This document shows positions 52,901-62,800 of a stretch of DNA of 64,000 nt, in pieces. The stretch is from a virus (taxonomy: Duplodnaviria > Caudoviricetes). The DNA lies in the IMG/VR virus record IMGVR_UViG_3300028591_000104, positions 32,001 through 96,000 of that record; one strand, 5' to 3'. The translations under genes and the position numbers were made by a program. Position 1 is the first letter of the stretch. Each line of letters begins with the position of its first letter. Under the pieces are notes generated by a model that was given only the letters and a program-made list of their open reading frames with translations, was not told the origin of the DNA and ran no database searches.

Positions 52901-53425
52901 ATGGCGAAAGCAATAGTAAAATGCTTGTATTGTGGTCAAAGCTTTGACCGTAATGATCCAAATATACCATTTGTTAAAGTAAATAGTAATAGGTATGCCC
53001 ATAAAGCTTGTGCGGATCAGAAGGACCAACTCCAAACAAAAGAACAAAAAGATAAAGATGCCTTTTATCAATATTGTTCAAAGATATTTGGTAAACAATT
53101 TGATTTTGTAAGAACTAAAAGAATGGCTGAGAATTATGTTAAAAAGTATAACTATACTTATACGGGTATGCTAAAGTCTTTAATATATTTCTTTGAAATT
53201 AAAAAGAACCCAATAGAGAAGGCAAATGGCGGCATAGGTATAATCCCGTACATCTACCAAGAAGCGCATGATTATTATTTTGACATTTGGCAAGCGCAAC
53301 AGTTAAATGTAAATAAAAAAATTGAAAATTATATACCGGAGGTTATAGAAATTAAAATACCTCCGCCAGAACCAAAACCTAAACGTAGAAGGTTATTTTC
53401 ATTTTTAGATAGAGAGGAAAGTTAA
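52901..53425 (+). CDS. Zn-finger replication-associated protein
   Basis: KCLYCG..YAHKAC; GIGIIPYIY; precedes the helicase. Confidence 0.6.
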   Translation: MAKAIVKCLYCGQSFDRNDPNIPFVKVNSNRYAHKACADQKDQLQTKEQKDKDAFYQYCSKIFGKQFDFVRTKRMAENYVKKYNYTYTGMLKSLIYFFEIKKNPIEKANGGIGIIPYIYQEAHDYYFDIWQAQQLNVNKKIENYIPEVIEIKIPPPEPKPKRRRLFSFLDREES

Positions 53426-54963
53426 TGGCATCCAAATATTACGACACAACGGCTGTAGTTCAAGTTATAGGAAGTGTTTATAATAACCCTTCTTTATTAA
53501 GTTTTACAGATAAATATAGTATAAATGATGAAGATTTTTCTAATTCATTTCATAAGTTAGTATTTGGAAGTATCTATAAACTTTATGAGTTGGGAGCTAA
53601 AAAGATAACTATAGAGAATATCTTAGACTTTTTGGCAGATAGACCTAAACTTGAAGCAGAATTTAAACAAAATAAAGGTGACGAATGGCTTATTAGAGCC
53701 TCTGAATCAGCCATTCCAGACTCTTTTGATTATTATTATAATAGAATGAAGAAGTTCTCCTTGTTGAGAGCTTATGATTATGTGGGGCTTGATGTAAGGT
53801 TCATTTATGACCCTGATAACATTTTAGATGGAAAGAAAAAGCAACTTCAAGAAGATTGGCTTGATAATAGTACATTAGACATGATAGCCAATAAGATAGA
53901 TGAAAAAATTGAAGGCATTAAAATTAAATATGTTGATGATGTTTATGATGATGCCATGTTGGTAGGAGAAGGAATTGAAGACTTAATTGAAAGTCTAAAG
54001 AAAAGACCAGAAGTCGGTATTCCTTTGTATGGACCTTTAATTAACACAGTAACAAAGGGCGCAAGGTTGGGAAAGTTTTATCTTCGTTCCGCGCCGACGG
54101 GTATAGGAAAGTCAAGAACCATGGCCGCCGACGCTTGTTACATTGGCACTGATGAATTATATGAACCATCTTTTGGTGGTTGGATAAAGACAAACGCGGC
54201 AAGGCCGGTTCTATACATATCCACCGAGTTGGACTTAAGTGAAGTACAAACTATGATGTTGTCGTTTCTCAGTGCGGTAAACGAAGATCATATCCTCACC
54301 GGTAGATACGTTGGTGATGAGGAGGAACGTGTACTCCATGCCGCCCAGTTAATTAAGAACAGTAAGATATATGTAGAATATAAACCAGATTTCTCATTAA
54401 AGGATATAGAGGATATTATTAAGAAGAATATAAGAGAACATGATATACATTATATCTTTTATGATTATATCCATACTTCAATGAAGATTTTGGAAGAAAT
54501 TAGTAGAAGAAGTGGTGGAGTAAAATTAAGGGAAGATAATGCACTATTCATGTTATCCGTAACTTTAAAAGATATTTGCACAAAGAATGATGTATTTATT
54601 ATGTCATCAACACAGCTTAATGGAGATTGGAAAGAAAGTGAAACACCTGACCAGAACTTATTAAGAGGTGCGAAGAGTATCGCGGATAAGATAGACTGGG
54701 GAGCTATTATGCTTCCTGTCACGCAGACAGATAAAGAAAAGCTTCAAAGAATACTTCAAACAACAGCATTTGATGTTCCTAATATTAAAATCTCAATTTA
54801 TAAAAATAGACGAGGTAAATATAAGGGAGTATATCTTTGGTGTAAAGCAGATTTAGGTATTTGCAGAGTAGAACCAATGTTTGTAACTGATTTTAGTTTT
54901 GAACTACAACAAGTACCAGAAATAAAGATTATAATGGAAGAAGATTTAGGCGGGGCCTGGTAA
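53425..54963 (+). CDS. dnaB: Replicative DnaB-like helicase
   Basis: APTGIGKSR, ISTE, FYDYIH, STQLN, KNRRG. Confidence 0.88.
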   Translation: MASKYYDTTAVVQVIGSVYNNPSLLSFTDKYSINDEDFSNSFHKLVFGSIYKLYELGAKKITIENILDFLADRPKLEAEFKQNKGDEWLIRASESAIPDSFDYYYNRMKKFSLLRAYDYVGLDVRFIYDPDNILDGKKKQLQEDWLDNSTLDMIANKIDEKIEGIKIKYVDDVYDDAMLVGEGIEDLIESLKKRPEVGIPLYGPLINTVTKGARLGKFYLRSAPTGIGKSRTMAADACYIGTDELYEPSFGGWIKTNAARPVLYISTELDLSEVQTMMLSFLSAVNEDHILTGRYVGDEEERVLHAAQLIKNSKIYVEYKPDFSLKDIEDIIKKNIREHDIHYIFYDYIHTSMKILEEISRRSGGVKLREDNALFMLSVTLKDICTKNDVFIMSSTQLNGDWKESETPDQNLLRGAKSIADKIDWGAIMLPVTQTDKEKLQRILQTTAFDVPNIKISIYKNRRGKYKGVYLWCKADLGICRVEPMFVTDFSFELQQVPEIKIIMEEDLGGAW

Positions 54964-56096
54964 TGGGATATGATAAAAAGGTAGTTAAAGATTTAATAAG
55001 CACCGATCAAATATTCGAACTATTGGAAGAATATGGCGGTGAACCTGAATATGCTTTTGAGGGTAATATTATATCTCGTACCATTTGTCATAACCACCCC
55101 AATGATGATGCTTCGCGTAAGTTGTATTATTATACAAATAGCAGATTATTTCATTGTTATACTGGTTGCGCCGAGCCTTCATTTGATGTTTTTCAGTTAA
55201 TCATAAAAATAGCAGATATACAATTTCATCAAGAGTGGGATTTAGACCAAGCTGTAAGATTTTTGGTTTATAGACTTGGCATCGATGTTCCAAGAGAAGA
55301 AAATGAAGAAGATCCAGTTCTACTAAAGCAAGATTTTGATTACTTTGATAAAATTAATAGAGTAAAAGAATTGGATATAAAAAATTATACAACTTTACTT
55401 AATCCTTATGATGAAAAAATATTAAATAGATTTAACTATAATGTAAAAATAACCCCGTGGATTAATGAAGGTATGAACCAAGAGACATTAGATAAATATA
55501 AGATAGGTTTTTATCCAGGCACTGATGTAATCACTATACCACATTATGATATTAATAATAATTTTGTAGGATTGCGCGGGCGCGCTTTGGTGCGCGAAGA
55601 TGCGGAGAAGTATGGTAAGTACAGACCCGTTCGCATTGGAAAAACTTTATATAACCATCCTCTTGGATTTAATCTATACGGACTTGAAAAAAATAAAGAA
55701 AGAATAAAACTTATGCAAAAGGCCGTGGTCTTTGAGGGGGAAAAGAGCGTCTTGTTATTTGACTCTTATTTTGGTTCAGAAAATAATATCTCGGTGGCAT
55801 GTTGCGGAAGTAGCTTTACAATTTATCAGTTTTATCTATTAAAAAATCTTGGAGTTAAAGAGATAATTATTGCATTTGATAAACAGTATCAACAATTCGG
55901 AGATGCTGAACATTTGCATTTAGTAAAAAATTTTTATAAAATATTAAATAGACACATAAATGATGTAATGGTGAGCTTTATATTTGATGGTGAACAAAAC
56001 CTAGGATACAAGGATTCTCCAATTGACAGAGGAGCAGATACATTTATGAAATTATTTCAGGAAAGAAGAGTGTTTGAAGGAGGAGTGTTTAAATGA
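54963..56096 (+). CDS. dnaG: DNA primase
   Basis: CH..CYTGC Zn region; TOPRIM FEGEKS, AFD. Confidence 0.85.
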   Translation: MGYDKKVVKDLISTDQIFELLEEYGGEPEYAFEGNIISRTICHNHPNDDASRKLYYYTNSRLFHCYTGCAEPSFDVFQLIIKIADIQFHQEWDLDQAVRFLVYRLGIDVPREENEEDPVLLKQDFDYFDKINRVKELDIKNYTTLLNPYDEKILNRFNYNVKITPWINEGMNQETLDKYKIGFYPGTDVITIPHYDINNNFVGLRGRALVREDAEKYGKYRPVRIGKTLYNHPLGFNLYGLEKNKERIKLMQKAVVFEGEKSVLLFDSYFGSENNISVACCGSSFTIYQFYLLKNLGVKEIIIAFDKQYQQFGDAEHLHLVKNFYKILNRHINDVMVSFIFDGEQNLGYKDSPIDRGADTFMKLFQERRVFEGGVFK

Positions 56097-57814
56097 ATTA
56101 GGAATTGCGGCAGCCGGTTGATAGAAACCTTTCACCGCTGCAAAATATATTTAAAAATAGAGGAATGCTTTAGGGAAAAGATGATATATTAACTTATGTT
56201 TAGCCTCCCGCTTCAGTTCAATATGATTTAACTCTCATAGAGAACTTGCGAGAGGGTGCTTCTATGTTAATGAAACATATTAAAAATAATGATAAGGTTC
56301 TTTTGGTAGTCGATGAAGACTGTGATGGATATACTTCTTCAGCTTACTTCTTGAATTACTTTAATAAACTATTTCCAGCTTTCGTACAAAATAACATAAA
56401 ATATGTTGTTCACCCAAATAAGGCGCATGGTATACCGACTAATCTAATAACAGATGAAAAATTAATTATAGTGCCCGATGCGAGTAGTAATGAATATGAT
56501 ATTCATAAAGAATTAAAGGAAAAAGGAATAGATGTATTGGTCATTGACCACCACGAAGCACCAGAGTTCTCTCAGTACGCATGTGTTATTAATAATCAAC
56601 TTGGTAACTACCCAAATAAGTCATTATCTGGTGTGGGAATGGTATATAAGTTCTGTAGTTTCTTTGATAAGCTAATGAACACTAATTATGCTAACACAAT
56701 GTTAGATATTGTTGCTCTTGGACTTGTTGGAGATATGATGGACTTACGAAATCTTGAAACAAGGTATCTCGTAAGAGAAGGTTTTACCACTATTACTAAC
56801 CCTTTTCTTAAGGCTATGGTAATAAAACAGGAGTATTCTGTTAAAGGTCATTTAAATCCCCATAAAGCAGCATTTTATATAGTTCCTGGTATTAACTCCG
56901 TTACGAGAATAGGAACGGTAGAAGAAAAATTAGTTTTATTTGAGTCAATGGTAGAATATAAAGCCTTTGAAATGATACCTTCAAATGGTAGAGGTAAAAA
57001 GGGAACTTTAGAGCCGAGAGTTGAACAGGCTGTCCGCAACTGTGTAAATATTCGCAATAGGCAAAACCGCATTAAAGACGATTTGGTAGAGAGTATAGAC
57101 GAATTAATTAACAGAAAGAATTTGCTAGAACACAAACTTCTTGTTATTAAAGTTGAAAATCCTATAAATACAGGTATTACTGGTCTTGTAGCTAACCAGA
57201 TAGCTAATAAGTATCAACGTCCAACTTTAATATTAAACTGGCGCAAAGAGCAACGCACCTGGGAAGGGTCCGGCCGCAACTACTCAAACTCCCCGCTTAA
57301 AGACTTTAGAAGTTTCCTTGAATCTACTGGACTTATTTTGTATGCACAAGGACATGCCTCAGCTTTTGGTTTTGGTATAAGCGATGAAAATTTTGAAACT
57401 TTTATCGGAAAAACCGATAAAAGTTTATCAGATGTAGAGTTTAACTATAAATATGATATAGACCTTGAATATGAAAATAATGATCTACTTAATGGAGATA
57501 TTATAGATATAGCTGAATGCGAAGACCTGTGGGGACAAAATATTGAAGAGCCACTTATCTTAATTAAAAATGTTACTGTTAATAAAGATAATATCTTTTT
57601 ATACAAGGAAAAAGTATTAAAGATAGAGAATCAAAACGGTATTAGTTTTGTGAATTTATCTTCTAACCAAGAAGAGTTTGATGCCCTTTATCCTAATGAT
57701 GGATATGTAAATTTAAATATAATAGGCACTTGTTCTATTAATGATTTTAATCAAATGGGGCAAATAAAAATTAAAGATTATGAAGTAGTTAGAAAGGGGG
57801 AATATTAGTTTTGA
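56093..57814 (+). CDS. recJ: RecJ-like DHH exonuclease; TAGs at 56099, 56171, 56201, 57806
   Basis: RBS GGAGG and ATG overlapping the primase stop; NRG, DEDCDG, DHH, GSGR, GHASAFG; ends EY*F-TGA overlapping the next TTG. Confidence 0.88.
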
Positions 57815-58572
57815 AAAAGTTTACTTTATTAATTTGTCAAGGAATAGTATTGTTATTTTCTCTTGTAGTTGGCTGTAATATTAAGGAAGAAGAAATAATA
57901 GAAACTGTTCCTACTACTACTGCTACAGAACAAAGTATTCCACCCCCTCCTATAACCCCTAAACCTTTACCAACCCCCGAGTAGAGAAGACCTTATGAAT
58001 ATGATGCCTCTTTATCATTAAAAGAAAAAGAAAAGATGGTAGAAGAGTGTAATTCTTATGTCAGTTATTTAAATTATTTTATTTGGGACGTAGATAAAGA
58101 TGATGTAATTTTAGACACTGAAGAAGTAATAGAATTGTATCTTGAGGATATAGGAATTTGGAAAGAAAAAGTAAAAGAATATCCAGTAGCAGCTACAGTA
58201 TGGCGCTGGGCAATCGAAGAAAAAGGATACTCAGAATATGTAGCTGCTGGGATTATAGGTAATATGATGGTTGAAGTGGGTGGTCATACAATGGTTTTAA
58301 AACATATGACAAGAGTAGAAAAATATTTTGGATTATGTATGTGGTATTTACCCTATAGCCCAGAAGTTGATGGAAAAAGTCTAAGAGACCAACTTAATTT
58401 TTTAGGAAAAACTATGGAAAAAAATATGGGTTCTGCTCATTATAAAGAACTTTTAAATAGTAAAAATGAAAAAGAAGCATCTATTATTTTTGCGATGTAT
58501 TATGAAAGATGTATAAGGCCGTATGGAAGACAATCTGAAGCGTCTCGTGCATACAGATATTTTACCAGTTGA
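57811..58572 (+). CDS. Secreted/lipoprotein-like phage-tail-lysozyme (Phage_lysozyme2-like) protein; TAG 57982
   Basis: Signal peptide LVVGC, Pro/Thr linker, AAGIIGNMMVE, GLCMW, DQLNF, YERC. Confidence 0.75.
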
Positions 58573-58648
58573 GCCGAGCGCAAACACACAGGTTAACCGC
58601 CTTCCAAATAAAAATGGCCCTGGGAATTTTTTAAGATGGAGTTAAAGA

Positions 58649-59833
58649 ATGGAACTAAATATAGAACAAAAAGAAGCATTAAAATTAGCGATTGAGCGTT
58701 ATAAGGCAGGATTTCCTTATACTTATATTGCAGGACCAGCTGGATCAGGAAAGAGTTTCTTGGTTCAGCATATTGTTGCTGCCCTTGGACTCGACCCGAG
58801 TCTTGACGTATGTTATGCTACGTACACAGGTAAGGCCGCTCTTAATCTTCAAAGGAAAAATTGTCCTAACGCTCATACACTTCATAAATTATTATATAAT
58901 GCGAGACAAAATAAGAACACAGGAATATATTATTTTACACCAAAGCCAATAGGTGAATTAGAATATAAATTAATTGTTATAGATGAGATATCGATGGTAA
59001 CTCAAGAGATGTGGGACTTGTTATTAGAGCATGGTATACATGTAATAGCTTTAGGAGATATTGCTCAGTTACCAGCTATTGGAGCTACCAATGATATTTT
59101 GGATAAGCCTCATGCCGTTTTAAATGAGATTATGCGCCAAGAGGCAGATAGTGAAATTATACAAATAGCTACACTTGCGAGAACACATCAAGAAATTCCT
59201 TTTATGAAAGGAAAACAAGTTCAAGTTATTCATAGTTATGAATTTCAAGATGCGATGTTGGAATGGGCAGATATGACATTATGTGCAACCAATAGGCTAA
59301 GACACCAGTTAAATAGAACAGCGCGCGAGCGCAAATGGGGCGACGCAAAGGCTTTGCCGCAGAAGGGCGATAGAATCGTTTGCCTTCATAACGAATGGGG
59401 CGAGGTAACGAAGAGTGGCGACGTATTAGTCAACGGTTTAGTCGGATACATAAACGACCCGCCGCGAATCAATCCTATGCCTTCTCTTTATAGAAAATAT
59501 TGCGACAAACAGGTAATATTAAATTTTATTCCAGACTTTAGAGAGCCGGGAGATACCGATGCTGTTTTTAAAAACATGAAAGCAGATTGGAAAATCTTTA
59601 CAGATGGAGAGCCTACTGTAAATTCAAAAAACTTTAAGTTTATTCCTAAGGTATTGCGTCCTTATCAATTTGATTATGCTTATGCGATGTCTGTGTGGAA
59701 GGCACAAGGCAGTGAGTATGGGAAGGTATTACTCTTTGAAGAATCGTTTCCTTCAGGCGATGCTCATTGGCAGTATTTATACACTGGTATCACGCGTGCG
59801 GTAGACAAGCTGGTGTTAGTTAGAAAAAATTGA
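58649..59833 (+). CDS. SF1B helicase (Dda/RecD-like)
   Basis: GPAGSGKS, DEISMV, GDIAQLP, MRQ, KAQGSEY, YTGITRA. Confidence 0.9.
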   Translation: MELNIEQKEALKLAIERYKAGFPYTYIAGPAGSGKSFLVQHIVAALGLDPSLDVCYATYTGKAALNLQRKNCPNAHTLHKLLYNARQNKNTGIYYFTPKPIGELEYKLIVIDEISMVTQEMWDLLLEHGIHVIALGDIAQLPAIGATNDILDKPHAVLNEIMRQEADSEIIQIATLARTHQEIPFMKGKQVQVIHSYEFQDAMLEWADMTLCATNRLRHQLNRTARERKWGDAKALPQKGDRIVCLHNEWGEVTKSGDVLVNGLVGYINDPPRINPMPSLYRKYCDKQVILNFIPDFREPGDTDAVFKNMKADWKIFTDGEPTVNSKNFKFIPKVLRPYQFDYAYAMSVWKAQGSEYGKVLLFEESFPSGDAHWQYLYTGITRAVDKLVLVRKN

Positions 59834-59895
59834 CAATATATAAAAAATATGTTATAATAAAGTATAAAAAGTAAAAAAGGAGGTTTTGTGAAGCG

Positions 59896-62800
59896 ATGAA
59901 GTTTCCAGGTAGCGTGCATAACCATACCGATTTTAGTAACTTTAGATTACGTGATTCTATTAATCGCGTGAATACTTTAATAGATTATGCCATTGAATTA
60001 GGGCATGATGGTATAGCATTCACAGAACACGAGACTATTGCTAACGCAATAAGAATTGAAGAGTATAGAGATAAGATTAAAGAAAAGCATCCAAACTTTA
60101 AGATAATTCGTGGAAATGAGATTTATTTGGTTAGAAATGACCTTACACCAGAGAATTATGATAGAACTAAAGATAGATACTATCATTTTATTTTATTGGC
60201 TAAAGATGCAGAAGGTCATAAGCAAATAAGAGAATTATCTACAAGAGCTTGGATGCGTTCGTATACTCAAAATAATATGGTTCGTGTACCGACACATTAT
60301 CAAGATTTAATTGATATTATTAAAGCTAACCCAGGTCATGTAATTGGTTCCACCGCTTGTATTGGTGGAGCTTTGCCAACTCAACTTTTGAGATGGAGAT
60401 TATTAGGTGATAATAGAATATATGACGCATGTGTTAAGTGGTGTCAGAATATGGTCGGAATTTTTGGAGAAAGTAATTTCTTTTTAGAATTGCAGCCTTC
60501 ATTTAATAAAGACCAGATTTTTGTAAATAAGGAATTAATTAAACTTTCAAATAAGTTAAACATTCCTTATATTATAACTAATGATGCTCATTATTTGAAA
60601 AAAGAGGATGCCCCTATTCATGCGGCATTTCTTAGAGCACAGGATGGAGAAAGAGAGGTTGAGGAGTTTTACTCATCCACTTATCTTATGTCTGATGATG
60701 AAGTAAGAAATTATTTAAAAGATTATATAACTGAAGAAGAGCTTCAGACCGCATATCAGAATATAAAAAAGATAATAGATATGTGTGAAGATTATAGTAT
60801 TAAAAAGGAATTAACTATTCCTCGTTTGACCTGGAAAGAACCAACAGAAGAAGTAACAGCAGAAGAAAAGCAATTTTGGTCAAAAAAGATTCCTTATATT
60901 GAAAAGTTCTTAAAGAGCGAATATAAGGAAGATGTTTTATTGGCTGAAAATATTATAGATAGAATTAGAAATGATAATGAATTAAAAAATGATAGGACTT
61001 GTGAAGAAATTAATGCGTGTCTTGAAGATACCTGGGTATCTAGTGAAAAGAATAATGCAAGATGGAGTGCATATTTTTTAAATCTTCAGAAGATAGTAGA
61101 TACATGTTGGGATGCTGGTTCACTTGTAGGGTGCGGCCGTGGCTCAGGCGTAGGATTTATCCTCTTGTATTTATTAGGAATAACACAGATTAACCCATTA
61201 AAAGAAAAGACCGCAACTTATAGATGGAGATTTTTGAACCCAGACCGTGTATCAGTACTTGATGTTGATGTAGATATTGAATCGACAAAACGTGAACAGG
61301 TTCTTACAAAGCTCAGAGAAGTGTATGGAGAAGATAGAGTTGCGAATGTTTTAACTTTGGGCACAGAACAGAGCAAGTCCGCCATTCAAACGGCCGCCCG
61401 TGGTTTAGGAATTGATGTAGATATTGCAAGATATTTATCTTCAATGATTGAGGCAGATCGTGGTAAGACAAGGACCTTAGCGCAAACTTTTTATGGTGAT
61501 GAAGAAAATGATATAAAGCCTAATAAGCAGTTTGTTTATGAAATGACAAACAATTATCCTGAATTATGGAAAGTAGCCCAAAAGATAGAAGGATTAATTT
61601 GCCGTACAGGTATTCATGCGGGTGGTGTAATATTTGTTGATGAACCATTCACAAACTCAACGGCTTTAATGCGCGCTCCGAGTGGTGAAATTATAACTCA
61701 ATTTGAGTTGCATGATAGTGAAAAAGCAAGTTTGATTAAGTATGACTTGTTGAGCGTAGAAGCTTTGGATAAGATACATATTTGTTTAGATTTGTTACAA
61801 GAACATGACTATATTGATGATAAGGGTAGCTTGAAAGCAACTTATGAAGATACTATTGGAATATATAAGTTAGAGCGTACCGCAGAAGATATGTGGAAGA
61901 TGTGCTGGGAACATAAAGTATTAAGTTTGTTCCAGATGGAGAAACAAAGTGGTATTAAGGGTATAGCTTTGTTAAAGCCTAACTCAGTAGATGAATTGGC
62001 GATTTTGAACTCAACGATTCGACTTATGGCGACTGAAAAGGGTGGCGAAATGCCAACAGAGAAGTTAACTAGGTTTAAGAATAATCCTAAATTGTGGGAT
62101 GCGGAATTGCGGCAGTACGGTCTAGGGCCGGCGGAAAAAGCAGTGATTGAACCAGTGGTTGGAATCTCATATGGCTTATGTATTGCGCAAGAGCAGTTTA
62201 TGCAGTTAGTACAATTGCCGGAGCTTGGTGGTTTCTCATTGACCTTTGCAGATAAACTTCGTAAATCTATTGCAAAGAAGAACCCGGCAGATTATGAAAA
62301 GATAACTAAAGAGTTTTTTAAAGAAACTAAGGAAAAAGGCTGTAACATGCAGCTTTGCCATTATGTGTGGGACGTGCTTATAGCGATGTCTCGTGGGTAT
62401 GGATTTAACCAGTCTCACACTTTGGCTTATTCATTAATTGGATTGCAAGAATTAAATTTGGCTTATAAGTTTCCTACGATATTTTGGGATACAGCTTGTT
62501 TGATTGCAAATAGCGGTGGTGAAGGAGCTTCCACAGACTATACGAAGCTTGCACAGGCAATAGGCACTGTCCGCAGAGAAGGTATTAAAGTAGGTCTTCC
62601 TAATATTAATATTTCACAGCTGGGTTTTGAACCTGATGTTGCAAGTGACCAGATTTTGTTTGGACTTAAAGCGATGTTGGGTATTGGTGATGAAGTTGTA
62701 GAGTCAATTATAGCAAACAGACCTTATACATCAATAAAAGATTTTATTAATAAAGTAAAACCGAAGAGAAGTGTAATGATTTCTTTAATAAAAGGTGGAG

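Noticed and set aside
16834-57814. Interpreting the TAG-split ORFs (ligase, ThyX, RecJ, methylase, fibre) as pseudogenes or separate genes
   Set aside because: Every interruption is an in-frame TAG. No frameshifts or internal TAA/TGA occur, motifs are intact on both sides, and a CUA tRNA is present.
1195-62418. Minus-strand ORFs and short ORFs overlapping tRNAs in the ORF track
   Set aside because: They are antisense shadows of + strand genes or RNA genes, with no RBS or recognisable motifs
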